From Candidatus Multivorans sp. (lineage in GTDB: Bacteria > Acidobacteriota > Thermoanaerobaculia > Multivoradales > Multivoraceae): a DNA stretch of 64,000 bases. Each line of letters opens with the position of its first letter. The first letter of the stretch is position 1. The notes under the pieces are model-generated. The model saw only the letters and a program-made list of their open reading frames with translations, made no database searches and had not been told where the DNA came from. Made by a program: the position numbers and the translations under genes. This document shows, in pieces, positions 1 through 9,254 of the stretch. The DNA lies in the NCBI GenBank assembly GCA_965224025.1, contig OZ245033.1, positions 2,432,001 to 2,496,000 of the forward strand, written 5' to 3'.

Positions 1-771
1 CAGGAGGGACTGCGCCATGTTGTCGGCCAGCTTGAACAGGATGACGAAGGCCAGGATCTCGACCGCTCGGTCCCGGGAGAGGAAGCCGAGGAAGGGCAGC
101 CAGACCGCTTGGCGAAGCGTTCTCGGCTGGGGTGGCTGGTTGCGGGGATTGGGCGCCAGAATCGTGACCGCAAGCATCGGCAGGTAGAGCGTCGCCAGCC
201 CGGCGCAGATGACCGGCCAGGAGAGCGGTTTCGCCAGGGTGATGGCGGCGGCGCCGGCGATGTACATGCCGGCACGGTAGAGCGCGATGCGGGCGCCCAC
301 GGCGGCGCCCTGTTCTTCCTTCCTGAGCACGTCCACGGCGTAGGCGTCGATCACGATGTCCTGGGAAGCCGCCGCCATTGCGATGGCGAACGTGAAGGCC
401 AGCGCGATCCATGGCGCGTCCGGATGGTCGCCGACGCCGGCCAGGGCGAACGTGCCGAGCAGCAGGCCGATCTGGGCGATCGCCATCCAACTCCGGCGTC
501 GGCCGAGGAAGGGAGGCGAGAACCGGTCCATGAGTGGTGCCCAGACCACGTTGAAGGTCCAGGGGATCTGGGCGAGCGTGAACAGGCCGACGATGCGGAT
601 GTCGACGCCGGCATCGCGCATCCAGTCCGGAATGGCAATCCAGACCAGCCCCAGCGGCATGCCGGAAGAGAAGGAGAGCAGGACGACGGAGGCCGTTCGC
701 CATGAGGAGAAGGCGCGGGCCAGGCTCTTGAACGTGCCTGGGCGCTCCTGCTCTTGAGGCTCTTCGCTCAT
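1..771 (-). CDS. ampG: AmpG-like muropeptide MFS permease (3' end outside window)
   Basis: Manual translation from ATG at 771 gives ...SFSSGMPLGLVWIAIPDWMRDAGVDIRIVGLFTLAQIPWTFNVVWAPLMDR...GRRRSW...ASQDIVIDAYAVD..., all typical AmpG motifs. Absent from the ORF track because it runs off the window edge. Confidence 0.88.
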   Translation of the reverse strand, partial: MSEEPQEQERPGTFKSLARAFSSWRTASVVLLSFSSGMPLGLVWIAIPDWMRDAGVDIRIVGLFTLAQIPWTFNVVWAPLMDRFSPPFLGRRRSWMAIAQIGLLLGTFALAGVGDHPDAPWIALAFTFAIAMAAASQDIVIDAYAVDVLRKEEQGAAVGARIALYRAGMYIAGAAAITLAKPLSWPVICAGLATLYLPMLAVTILAPNPRNQPPQPRTLRQAVWLPFLGFLSRDRAVEILAFVILFKLADNMAQSLL

Positions 772-934
772 CGAAGATCATCCTATGCGGACTCGGCTAT
801 ATGCCCTGCCTCCGCTGGGAAACGCCGGCCATTCAACCGCACCCGACGACGGCAGGAAGCGGTACCTGGAACCCGAAGCCCCAAAATCCGTAGTTGAAGC
901 CAGACACCAGGCTTCTCCAGGGAGGAAACCGATC

Positions 935-1144
935 GTGACCACAGCCGCCGCCAAGTCCCGCCCCCTGCATCGCTCCGCGTCCAACCGCCTCATCGGCGGC
1001 GTCTGCGGCGGTCTCGCGGCCTGGCTGGGCTGGAACCCCACCGTGGTGCGCCTGCTCTACGTCCTGATCTCCATCCTCTCGGTCGCGTTCCCCGGGATCA
1101 TCGTCTACATCCTGCTGTGGATCGTCATGCCGCTCGGCGACTAG
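935..1144 (+). CDS. pspC: PspC-domain membrane protein
   Basis: LHRSASNRLIGGVCGGLAAWLGWNPTVVRLLYV...YILLWIVMP is the PspC signature; GGAGG at 921-925 precedes GTG at 935. Confidence 0.88.
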   Translation: MTTAAAKSRPLHRSASNRLIGGVCGGLAAWLGWNPTVVRLLYVLISILSVAFPGIIVYILLWIVMPLGD

Positions 1145-1238
1145 CCCGCATGTTTCACCGAGGTCCGTAGCGAGGGCGTCGAGGCGCTACAGCGAGCGGA
1201 TCCGCGGCCGGAGTAGGACACCGGTGAAGTGTGCGGGC
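1144..1238. repeat. Intergenic inverted-repeat-bounded structured element
   Basis: GCCCGCATGTTTCACCG pairs with CGGTGAAGTGTGCGGGC (with G-U pairs); internal GTAGCG...CGCTAC stem. Confidence 0.45.
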
Positions 1239-1347
1239 CAATCGGCCACGGCGATGGCCGTGCCACTCGCGCGCCCGCTGACGGGCGCGCGAGTGGTTCA
1301 CAGGTGGCGCGGAACGCGTCACCTGGGTTGGTAGGCTGAGTCGGTAG

Positions 1348-2805
1348 ATGGCCCCGGTCGACGCAGCAAGCTTCCACGACGCCCTCACCCGGCGCCTGGG
1401 TTCGGAGCGCGTCCTCACCGGTGCGGCACCGATGGCGGCCTACGAGTCGGACGCGTTGACCGCGTTCCGCGCCCGACCGCGGGCGGTCGTTCTGGTCGAG
1501 TCGGCGGAAGAGGTTGTCGACGTCGTCCGGCTGTGCGCCGCGGCGGAGGTGCCCTTCCTGGCCCGCGGCAGCGGCACCAGCCTCTCGGGCGGCTCGCTGC
1601 CCGTCGCCGACGGCGTGGTCATCGCGATGAACCGGCTCAACCGCATCCTCGAAGTGGATCCGGTGCGGCGGGTCGCGGTGGTGGAGCCGGGAGTCGTGAA
1701 CCTCTCCGTGTCGAACGCGGCGGCGCCCTACGGCCTCTACTACTCGCCCGACCCGTCGAGCCAGTCCGTGTGCACGATCGGCGGCAACCTGGCCTTCAAC
1801 TCGGGCGGCGCGCACTGCCTGAAGTACGGCATGACGAGCAACCACGTGCTCGGTCTCGAGGTCGTGCTGCCGGACGGCGAGGTGGTCGAACTCGGCGGCG
1901 ACAGCCTGGAGGGCGTCGGCCCTGACCTCGTCGGCTTGTTCGTGGGCTCGGAGGGCCTGTTCGGCATCGCGACGAAGATCACCCTGCGCCTGCTGCCCAA
2001 ACCGGAGACCTTCTTTACCCTGCTGGCCGCCTACGACTCGCTGGCGGCCGCCGGAGAGGCAGTTGCCGCCGTCGTGGCTTCGGGCCTGTTGCCCGGGGCG
2101 ATGGAGATCATGGACAACTTGGTCATCGAGGCGGCCGAAGCGGCGGTCGGCGCCGGATACCCGCTCGACGCCGAGGGGCTCCTGATCGTCGAGCTCGAAG
2201 GCGAGAAGCAGCAGGTGGCGGCCGAGAGCGAACTGCTGCTCGAAGTCGTCAGGCGGTCGAAGCCGTACCTCGAACACGTCGCCAGCGACCCGGACGACCG
2301 GATGCGGATCTGGAAGGGCCGCAAGAGCGCCTTCTCGGCGGTGGGGCGGCTGAGCCCGGACTACATCGTCCAGGACGGGGTCGTGCCGCGCTCCCGCCTG
2401 GGCGAGGCCCTGACGAAGATCCAGCACTTGGGCGAGGAGCACGGCATCCGCGTGGCGAACGTGTTCCATGCCGGCGACGGCAACCTGCACCCGCTCATCC
2501 TCTTCGACGGCCGCGTCGAGGGCGAGTTGGAGCGCGCCGAGGAGTTCGCGGGCGAGATCCTCCGCCTGTGCATCGACCTCGGGGGCTCGATCACCGGCGA
2601 ACACGGCGTCGGGATGGAGAAGCGCCAGTACCTGGGCGAGATGTTCGACGACGCCGACCTCGATGCGATGCGCCGCATCCGCACCGCCATCGACCCGGAC
2701 GAACTGGCGAACCGCGGCAAGATGTTCCCGGACGCGGAGGCGCCGGTGCTGCTCAGCCACGGCCCGCACCCGCTCGAAGTGGCCGGGGTCATCTCGCGCG
2801 AATGA
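1348..2805 (+). CDS. glcD: Glycolate oxidase FAD-linked subunit GlcD
   Basis: [43 protein letters not shown] and GEHGVG motifs. Confidence 0.9.
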   Translation: MAPVDAASFHDALTRRLGSERVLTGAAPMAAYESDALTAFRARPRAVVLVESAEEVVDVVRLCAAAEVPFLARGSGTSLSGGSLPVADGVVIAMNRLNRILEVDPVRRVAVVEPGVVNLSVSNAAAPYGLYYSPDPSSQSVCTIGGNLAFNSGGAHCLKYGMTSNHVLGLEVVLPDGEVVELGGDSLEGVGPDLVGLFVGSEGLFGIATKITLRLLPKPETFFTLLAAYDSLAAAGEAVAAVVASGLLPGAMEIMDNLVIEAAEAAVGAGYPLDAEGLLIVELEGEKQQVAAESELLLEVVRRSKPYLEHVASDPDDRMRIWKGRKSAFSAVGRLSPDYIVQDGVVPRSRLGEALTKIQHLGEEHGIRVANVFHAGDGNLHPLILFDGRVEGELERAEEFAGEILRLCIDLGGSITGEHGVGMEKRQYLGEMFDDADLDAMRRIRTAIDPDELANRGKMFPDAEAPVLLSHGPHPLEVAGVISRE

Positions 2806-3920
2806 CGGGCGCTCCCAGTCGACCAGGTTCGGCGGCCGAGGTTGCAGCGGAGGTACGCGGCGCGAAACGGATCGTTCCGCGCGGCGGCGGCACGAAGCCG
2901 GCGCTGTGGGCGGCGGAAGGCGCCCACATGCTCGACGTGTCCGCCCTCAGCGGCATCACCGAGTACTTGCCCAGCGAGTACACGGTGACCGCCCTGGCCG
3001 GGACGCCGCTTGCCGACGTCGAGGCGCGACTCGCGGCGGAAGGCCAGTACCCTCCCTTCGACCCGTTGCTCGTCGACGCCGGCAGCACCGTCGGCGGCGC
3101 CGTGGCCGCGGGGGCCAACGGCCCCGGCCGTCTGCGCTACGGCGGCCTGCGCGACTTCCTGCTCGCTGTGACCTTTGTCGACGGCCGCGGCGAGATCGTC
3201 CGCGGCGGCGCCAAGGTGGTCAAGAATGCCGCCGGATTCGATCTGCCGAAGCTCATGGTCGGCAGCCTGGGCCGTTTGGGCGTTCTCACCGAGTGCACCT
3301 TCAAGGTCTTTCCCCATCCCGAGAGCTGCGCCACCCTGCGCGTCGCCGGCCTGGCCTTCGACGAGGCGCTAGCCGCCGCCGGCCGCATCAGCGGCGGCGC
3401 GGTCGAACTCGAATGCCTCGACCTGGTGCACGGCCTGGCCGGCTGGGACCTGGAGATCCGCATTGGCGGCCGCAGCTACGCGCTCGATGCGCGCCTGAAA
3501 CGCGCCGCGGACCTGCTCGACAGCGACGTCTCAACCCTCGCGGGCGACGCCGACACGCAACACTGGAGAGCCCGGCGGGAACTCGAGTGGGCTCCGCCAG
3601 ACGCCTCCGTGCTCAAGCTCCCCCTGACTCCGGCCACGGCGGGCGTCCTGGAACAGGTCCTCACGGACTTGAACGCCACCCACGCGGCCAGGATCTTCAG
3701 CGCCGGCATCCAGCAGGCCTTCCTCGCCTGGCCCGCCGAACGGGGCGCCGATCTGCCCGCCCTCGACCGGGCCCTCACCGAAGCGAGACTGACCGCCCTC
3801 GCCCTGCGCGCCCCAGCCGAAGCAGCCGCGAAACCGATCCTGGGCTACCGCTCCGGCGGCGAGCTGCTACGCCGCGTCGAGCAGGCCCTCGACCCGGCCG
3901 GCCGGTTCGGCCGCCTGTGA
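2802..3920 (+). CDS. glcE: Glycolate oxidase FAD-binding subunit GlcE
   Basis: ATGA overlap with the glcD stop; [41 protein letters not shown] and C-terminal LDPAGRF. Confidence 0.85.
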   Translation: MTGAPSRPGSAAEVAAEVRGAKRIVPRGGGTKPALWAAEGAHMLDVSALSGITEYLPSEYTVTALAGTPLADVEARLAAEGQYPPFDPLLVDAGSTVGGAVAAGANGPGRLRYGGLRDFLLAVTFVDGRGEIVRGGAKVVKNAAGFDLPKLMVGSLGRLGVLTECTFKVFPHPESCATLRVAGLAFDEALAAAGRISGGAVELECLDLVHGLAGWDLEIRIGGRSYALDARLKRAADLLDSDVSTLAGDADTQHWRARRELEWAPPDASVLKLPLTPATAGVLEQVLTDLNATHAARIFSAGIQQAFLAWPAERGADLPALDRALTEARLTALALRAPAEAAAKPILGYRSGGELLRRVEQALDPAGRFGRL

Positions 3921-3936
3921 CGCTACGGGAAGCCAG

Positions 3937-4114
3937 AGCGTCGGCGAGCCGGCCTTGCGGCTGGGGTGGAAATCAAGGTTCCACCACGGTCAGACCGTCT
4001 GACTTCCGGGTCTTCGGAAGCTGGCCGCGGCCATCGGCGACCGCTTCGCCGGCGGAGTGGCCCCGGGCACGCACATGGCATGGGCTGTAACGCCTTGACG
4101 CGGTCGCCGACGCT
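3937..4114 (+). other. Candidate structured RNA or palindromic element (multi-hairpin)
   Basis: An 11-bp closing stem AGCGTCGGCGA (3937-3947)/TCGCCGACGCT (4104-4114) encloses five adjacent short inverted repeats at 3965-4051. Confidence 0.4.
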
Positions 4115-4270
4115 GACGTACGGTCGCAAGCTGCCCCGCTTGCTGAATGGAGAAACGAGCGTTTGATCGTCCAACAGTCTGACACCTCGGCCGCCGTCCG
4201 GGAACAGCACCGGCTGCTGTTCTGACCTGGCAGCCGGAACGGACAACGGCGGTGGAAAGCGGAACGGAAG

Positions 4271-5263
4271 ATGGACGTCAAGGAAGCAGTGCAAACCGTC
4301 AGGCCACACCTGGACGCGCTCGACGTGGAGGACTTTCCGGGTTGTGTAGCGGTGCCGATGACCGAGGCCGAGCTTGAGGAGTACGAAGGGCGCCTCGAGT
4401 ACTGGGCCGCGGACACCCAGACGGCGATGATCGTCGCGGAACCGACGACGACGTATCACGAGATTCCCTCTCACCGGGTGACGGGACTCGTTCGCGAGAT
4501 CGGCCTGGCTCGCGGATCGGAGATTCTCGCGCTCGGCTCGGTCGACCTCGCGCAGTTCACGGACGAGGGCGGGCGCAACGTCCTGCTGCAGGCGGATGCG
4601 GTCTTCTTCCTGAGTCGACCGTGGCCGAAGGAGAAGGCGGTTGACGTCGACGCCGGTCCGGCGCCGGACGTGTTGCTGGAAGTGGACCACACGACGGACG
4701 TGCGTCGGGGGAAGCTCTCGGTGTACGCGTCGTTGGGGCTGCCCGAGGTATGGGTGGAGGTGCCGCAGCCGGAGTGGCTGGCGCCGCGCGAGTCAGGCTG
4801 GCCGCGGCTGACGATCTACCTCCTCGAAGGTGGCCGGTACGTCGAGTCGGCGCGCAGCCGGGCGTTCGCGGGCTGGACGGCTGCGGAGATTCACCGGGCC
4901 CTCAACGAGGAGGTGCGTTCGCCGGAGACGGTAGCAGCCCTGCGTCGCGTCGGCCGCCCGTTGGGCCGGGCGATGGGAACGGGCCCGGACGACGATCTCT
5001 TCCTCGCGGCGGAGCGGGAGGAGAGCCGGGAACAGGGTCGTCGGGAAGGCCGCGAGGAGGGGCGGCAACTCGGACGCCTCGACGCGACACGGCTCATGGT
5101 CCGCCAGACTCTCGCAGCGCGCGCCATTCCGGCGTCTGAGGAGATCGATGCCTGGCTTGCCGGACTCTCGGCCGATACGGACACGGCGTCCCTCGTGGAG
5201 GCCGCCGTCGAGTGCCGGGACGCGGAGGACTTCCTGTGCCGCGTTCAGAAGTCTGGACACTGA
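4271..5263 (+). CDS. Uma2 (DUF820)-family PD-(D/E)XK putative nuclease with a charged EG-repeat C-terminal tail
   Basis: QADAVFF, PAPDVLLEVDHTT, KLSVYASLGLPEVW, IYLLEGGRYVESARSRAF; tail REQGRREGREEGRQLGR. Confidence 0.8.
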   Translation: MDVKEAVQTVRPHLDALDVEDFPGCVAVPMTEAELEEYEGRLEYWAADTQTAMIVAEPTTTYHEIPSHRVTGLVREIGLARGSEILALGSVDLAQFTDEGGRNVLLQADAVFFLSRPWPKEKAVDVDAGPAPDVLLEVDHTTDVRRGKLSVYASLGLPEVWVEVPQPEWLAPRESGWPRLTIYLLEGGRYVESARSRAFAGWTAAEIHRALNEEVRSPETVAALRRVGRPLGRAMGTGPDDDLFLAAEREESREQGRREGREEGRQLGRLDATRLMVRQTLAARAIPASEEIDAWLAGLSADTDTASLVEAAVECRDAEDFLCRVQKSGH

Positions 5264-5940
5264 GTCGAGTCACCAGAGCTCCCGCAAGACTGCGGCTCCT
5301 TGGAGTCTCGGATCAGGTTGCCAAGTGCACACCTACGTTGCCGGCCCAGTCCGCTGTTCCTTCGAACGAGCCAGGTTCTCACTTCCCGCCAGCAGGTCCT
5401 CCCAGCCCCGGTGATCCCAACCGCGGCGATGTCCCACCGGTCCCACGGCGTCGGACCGTAGTCCCGGTCGAAGCGGCGGAAGATCGCAGCGGCCCGGTCG
5501 GCGGACAGGAGCTGGACGAGCGGATCGGTGTCGACATCGATTCCGTGTTCTTCGGTGTACTTCTCGACCTCGCGCGAGTAGCTCTTCCAGTCGCCGCTGG
5601 CATCGGGGATGCCCACGCCCACGGAGAGGTCAGGCCACCGCCGAACGACGGCCGAATCCAGTTCGGCTTCGGTGGGCTCGATCCGTTGCCGGAAGTCCTG
5701 CTTGGTCTGCTCGTCCTCGTACGTCCGGTGTTGCCACTTGGGCTCCATGCCGGTCAACTGGCGGCGGAGTTCGCTCGTCCCGGCCTGGATGTCGTCGAGG
5801 GTGGCAGCGTGCTCTTCGTTCTTCTCCGTCAAGGCGTCGACGCGCCCGTCGACGCGGTCCAAGGCTCGCTGCACTTGGCCTAGTTGGTGGCGCTGGGCAA
5901 GCGCGGCCGACTCAGCTTCCCGTTGCGCCCGTTTCTTCAT
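5245..5940 (-). CDS. Hypothetical coiled-coil protein, possibly 3'-truncated
   Basis: 231-aa ORF overlapping the end of the upstream gene. N-terminal coiled coil; becomes non-protein-like after WDRWDIAAVGITG and overlaps the convergent Uma2 stop. Confidence 0.5.
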   Translation of the reverse strand: MKKRAQREAESAALAQRHQLGQVQRALDRVDGRVDALTEKNEEHAATLDDIQAGTSELRRQLTGMEPKWQHRTYEDEQTKQDFRQRIEPTEAELDSAVVRRWPDLSVGVGIPDASGDWKSYSREVEKYTEEHGIDVDTDPLVQLLSADRAAAIFRRFDRDYGPTPWDRWDIAAVGITGAGRTCWREVRTWLVRRNSGLGRQRRCALGNLIRDSKEPQSCGSSGDSTQCPDF

Positions 5941-7153
5941 TGCCGTCTGGTTGCTCTTTGTCGATCTCCTCCCGCAGGTCCTCCTCGAAAGCGTGCTCTC
6001 TCTGGCGGAGCTGTGCCAGCGCCCTGCCTAGCAGGGCCAGTTCGCTTGAGAGCCTCTCGATCAGGAGCTGGTTCCTCTCGACATCTCTCGTCAAACCGGC
6101 CAGCCGGTCGGCGAAGTACGCGATGTCTTCGGCGAGGTTGGCTATCGCCTTCCGGTGGATGCGGAGGACCTCCTGGAGCATGAGCTCCCGGCGCGCGGAC
6201 CTGGCGCGACTGCTGCGGCCCATGAACCAGCGCGTGCCGCGGTAGATGACCGCGCCGCCAATGACGGCGATTCCGAGGCCCGAGATCATGGCGGACAGAC
6301 CCAGAACTCCTCCGAGGCCGAGCGCCGCGAGGCCCGAAGTGATGCCGGCGGCGCTCAGTCCGGTGACGCTGCCGCTCAGGTAGACGGCGGTGATGGGCAC
6401 TCCGACTGCGGCTGACTTCGCGGCCAAGTCCTTGGCGATCTCCTCGAGACGCCGATCCGAGATCCGGCCGTCCAGGATCTTCCGATCCTGAACGCAGGCG
6501 TCCTCGATGAAGTCGAGCTGTTTGTCGTTGATGCCAAGCAGGTCGGCCAGTCGACGAATGCCACCTGCCAGCGCTGGCGAACCATCGCGGGATGTGGCGA
6601 GGTCCAGCCGGAGGGCATCCTTGAGCAGCGAGAAGCCCAGAGCGTCTTGCGTTTCTTCCGGCGTCCGTTCCCTCATCCCGGGAATGAGACTCTCGGGGTC
6701 GAGACTGCTGGGATCAGTGATTGCGTCACGGAGTGCCCGGCGGGTCTCGACATGGCACTTCAACTGCGTCAGCAGCACTTGCAGTTCGCAGACCTCGCGC
6801 TCGTCGATCACACGGTCGTCCTGGTAGGTGAGCCAGACGAGCGTCTCCAAGTAACAGCGCTTCACTCCTTCAGGCAACTCCGAAACGGCGACCTCCGGTG
6901 TGACTTCGGTGTCCTTCGCCGCTACGCGATCCTTGACGGCCCTCGCGCCTCGTTGGGCCGCGTCTGCAACGGTACGTGCTGCCTTGCCGCCGACTTCTCC
7001 CGCCCGCATGGCGGTCTCGACGAGTTGTTTGCTGGCCTTCTTCGCATCCGAGACTTTCCGTTTCGCGCGGTTCACCGGTCCGGCTGCCTTGTCTCGGGAA
7101 GCCCGCGCCTTGTCCGTTGAAGGGGCGTCGGACTGTGAGGGTTCGGTGCTCAT
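5912..7153 (-). CDS. Hypothetical protein: TerB-like helical domain, Gly-rich hydrophobic hairpin and coiled coil
   Basis: YLETLVWLTYQDDRVIDERE (TerB-like); GSVTGLSAAGITSGLAALGLGGVLGLSAMISGLGIAVIGG; C-terminal heptad repeats. Confidence 0.65.
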   Translation of the reverse strand: MSTEPSQSDAPSTDKARASRDKAAGPVNRAKRKVSDAKKASKQLVETAMRAGEVGGKAARTVADAAQRGARAVKDRVAAKDTEVTPEVAVSELPEGVKRCYLETLVWLTYQDDRVIDEREVCELQVLLTQLKCHVETRRALRDAITDPSSLDPESLIPGMRERTPEETQDALGFSLLKDALRLDLATSRDGSPALAGGIRRLADLLGINDKQLDFIEDACVQDRKILDGRISDRRLEEIAKDLAAKSAAVGVPITAVYLSGSVTGLSAAGITSGLAALGLGGVLGLSAMISGLGIAVIGGAVIYRGTRWFMGRSSRARSARRELMLQEVLRIHRKAIANLAEDIAYFADRLAGLTRDVERNQLLIERLSSELALLGRALAQLRQREHAFEEDLREEIDKEQPDGNEETGATGS

Positions 7154-7244
7154 GTCTTGCTGGAGCTTGGCCGATGCACGACGCCGTCCAGCCCGCCCAG
7201 GGTCCGGTTCCGGCAGCGCAGCGCCGGGTCGCCGACTCAGCGTC

Positions 7245-8681
7245 TCAGCTCGCCTTCGGCAATGCTCCCATCACCGCCTTGACCTCGAGGAACTCCTCAA
7301 AGCCGAAGTCTCCCCACTCGCGGCCGTTGCCGGACTGCTTGTAGCCGCCGAAGGGGGCGCCGAAGTCGGCGGGGGCGCCGTTAATGTGGACGTTGCCGGC
7401 GCGGATGCGCGAGGCGACGCTGCGGGCGTGATCGAGGTCGCCGGACTGGACGTAGCTCGAGAGGCCGTAGGGCGTGTCGTTGGCGATCCGGATCGCCTCC
7501 TCCTCGGTTTCGTAGGGGAGGATGGAGAGCACCGGGCCGAAGATCTCTTCCTGGGCGATCGTCATGTCGTTGTTCACGCCGGCGAAGACGGTGGGGCGGA
7601 CGTAGTAGCCTCTGTCCATGCCCTCGGGGCGGTCGGTGCCGCCGGTTACGAGCTCGGCGCCCTCTTCGATCCCCTTGGCGATCAGACCCTGGATCTTGTC
7701 GTACTGGACCTTGCTGACGACGGGGCCGATGGCGACGCCTTCCTGTCCCGGCGGGCCGACGACGGTCGCCTCCGCGGCGGCCTTGGCGACTTCCAACGCG
7801 CGGGCGTGCGATGCGGCGGGGACCAGCATGCGCGTCGGCGCGTTGCAGGACTGGCCGCTGTTCAGGAAGCACTGCCGCGTGCCGGCCTTGACCGCCCTGT
7901 CGAGGTTGGCGTCCTCGAGCACGACATTCGGCGACTTGCCGCCGAGTTCCTGGGCGACGCGCTTGATCGAGTCGGCGGCGGCCTTGGCGACCGCGCGGCC
8001 GGCGCGGGTCGAGCCGGTGAACGACATCATGTCGATCCCGGGGTGGGCGGACAGCGCGGCGCCGACCTCGGGACCTTCGCCGTTGATCAGGTTGAAGACG
8101 CCTGGCGGCACGCCGGCGTCGTGAAGGATCTCGGCGAGCAGGATCGCGTTGAGCGGCGCCACCTCGCTCGGCTTGAGAACCATCGTGCAGCCCGCGGCGA
8201 GCGCCGGGGCGACCTTGCAGGCGATCTGGTTGATCGGCCAGTTCCAGGGCGTGATCAGGCCGCAGACGCCGACGGCTTCCTTGACGATGTTGGTCGTGCC
8301 GCGCGTCTCGACGAATTCGTAGTTCTTGAGCACGCCGAGCGCGCCCGCGAAGTGGCCGAGGCCGGACGGGGCCTGGGCGGCCTTGGCGAGCCAGGCCGGC
8401 GCGCCCATCTCGGAGGAGATCGTCTCGGCCATCTCGCCGATGCGCGCCTTGTAGCCGGCGACGATCCGGCCCAGAAGTTCGACCCGCTCCTCGCGGCTGG
8501 TCCGGGAGAAGGACTCGAAGGCCGCCTGCGCCGCGGCCACGGCGCGGTCGACGTCGGCCGCGCTGCCGAGGCTGATCCGGCCGGTCGGCTCTTCTGTCGA
8601 CGGATCGATGACGTCCATCGTCTTCGGCGTGACCGGGTCGACCCATTCACCGTTGATGTAGAACTGCAGCGCTTCCTTCAT
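7245..8681 (-). CDS. NAD(P)-dependent aldehyde dehydrogenase
   Basis: ITPWNWP, LKPSE, SFTGST, QELGGKSP, catalytic NSGQSC, EEIFGPV and PFGGYKQSGNGRE. Confidence 0.95.
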   Translation of the reverse strand: MKEALQFYINGEWVDPVTPKTMDVIDPSTEEPTGRISLGSAADVDRAVAAAQAAFESFSRTSREERVELLGRIVAGYKARIGEMAETISSEMGAPAWLAKAAQAPSGLGHFAGALGVLKNYEFVETRGTTNIVKEAVGVCGLITPWNWPINQIACKVAPALAAGCTMVLKPSEVAPLNAILLAEILHDAGVPPGVFNLINGEGPEVGAALSAHPGIDMMSFTGSTRAGRAVAKAAADSIKRVAQELGGKSPNVVLEDANLDRAVKAGTRQCFLNSGQSCNAPTRMLVPAASHARALEVAKAAAEATVVGPPGQEGVAIGPVVSKVQYDKIQGLIAKGIEEGAELVTGGTDRPEGMDRGYYVRPTVFAGVNNDMTIAQEEIFGPVLSILPYETEEEAIRIANDTPYGLSSYVQSGDLDHARSVASRIRAGNVHINGAPADFGAPFGGYKQSGNGREWGDFGFEEFLEVKAVMGALPKAS

Positions 8682-8729
8682 CGGGGCGTCTCCTGGATGG
8701 TTCTGGTTGGCGGAACCCGCCGGGGCCGA

Positions 8730-8951
8730 CTAACGGTCCGGTCCATCGGCGCTGGCATGTCGTGGGGCGAGTTTCGCCCACGTGCGGAGCGCGGAGTTTA
8801 CTGCGGCAGAGTCCTTGAACACGGCTGCCACGTCTGGATCCAGCAGGACCACGTTCGTTCCCTGCCGATAGGCTCGATGGTGCTTTCCTCGAACCCCTCC
8901 TGAGAAGTCGTACTCGGGGCGCATCGCTCCCGGTTCACCTGTCTGACTCAT
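8730..8951 (-). CDS. BrnA-like antitoxin
   Basis: MRPEYDFSGGVRGKH...VLLDPDVAAVFKDSAAVNSALR, directly downstream of a BrnT-like remnant. Confidence 0.75.
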   Translation of the reverse strand: MSQTGEPGAMRPEYDFSGGVRGKHHRAYRQGTNVVLLDPDVAAVFKDSAAVNSALRTWAKLAPRHASADGPDR

Positions 8952-9252
8952 ACTGCTTTCGTTCGCCTGGTGTCGCTGTGCGGGCAGATTCGAATGCGTC
9001 GGCCACGCTCCACGTACGCTACCACCAGCAACCGGTTCTGCCGTGAAATGCCCATGCTCAGGAATCGATGCTCACCCTCGGAGTTGATTCGAACACCTTG
9101 GGCTGAAGCTGCCGGGGCTGTCGGGCCACCTCCGGGTCAGGGACAGTGCTCTCCATGGGATCCCCGAACACGGTTGAAGCCTCGGTGAAGTCCACGCCGT
9201 GCCTCTCCACGTTCGACCGCTCCTTGCGTGCGTCCCACTCCAAGTACAACAT
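8945..9252 (-). pseudogene. BrnT-family toxin, disrupted
   Basis: N-terminus LEWDARKERSNVERHGVDFTEASTVFGDP; after a ~45-nt insertion another frame gives SEGEHRFLSMGISRQNRLLVVAYVERGRRIRI; a second shift precedes ARTATPGERKQYE. Confidence 0.8.
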
Positions 9253-9254
9253 CG

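Noticed and set aside
1141-2769. Long antisense or alternate-frame ORFs (e.g. 1141-2769, 6900-8903, 46631-49312, 52718-55603)
   Set aside because: They overlap well-supported genes, carry no motifs, and are expected in high-GC DNA with few stop codons.
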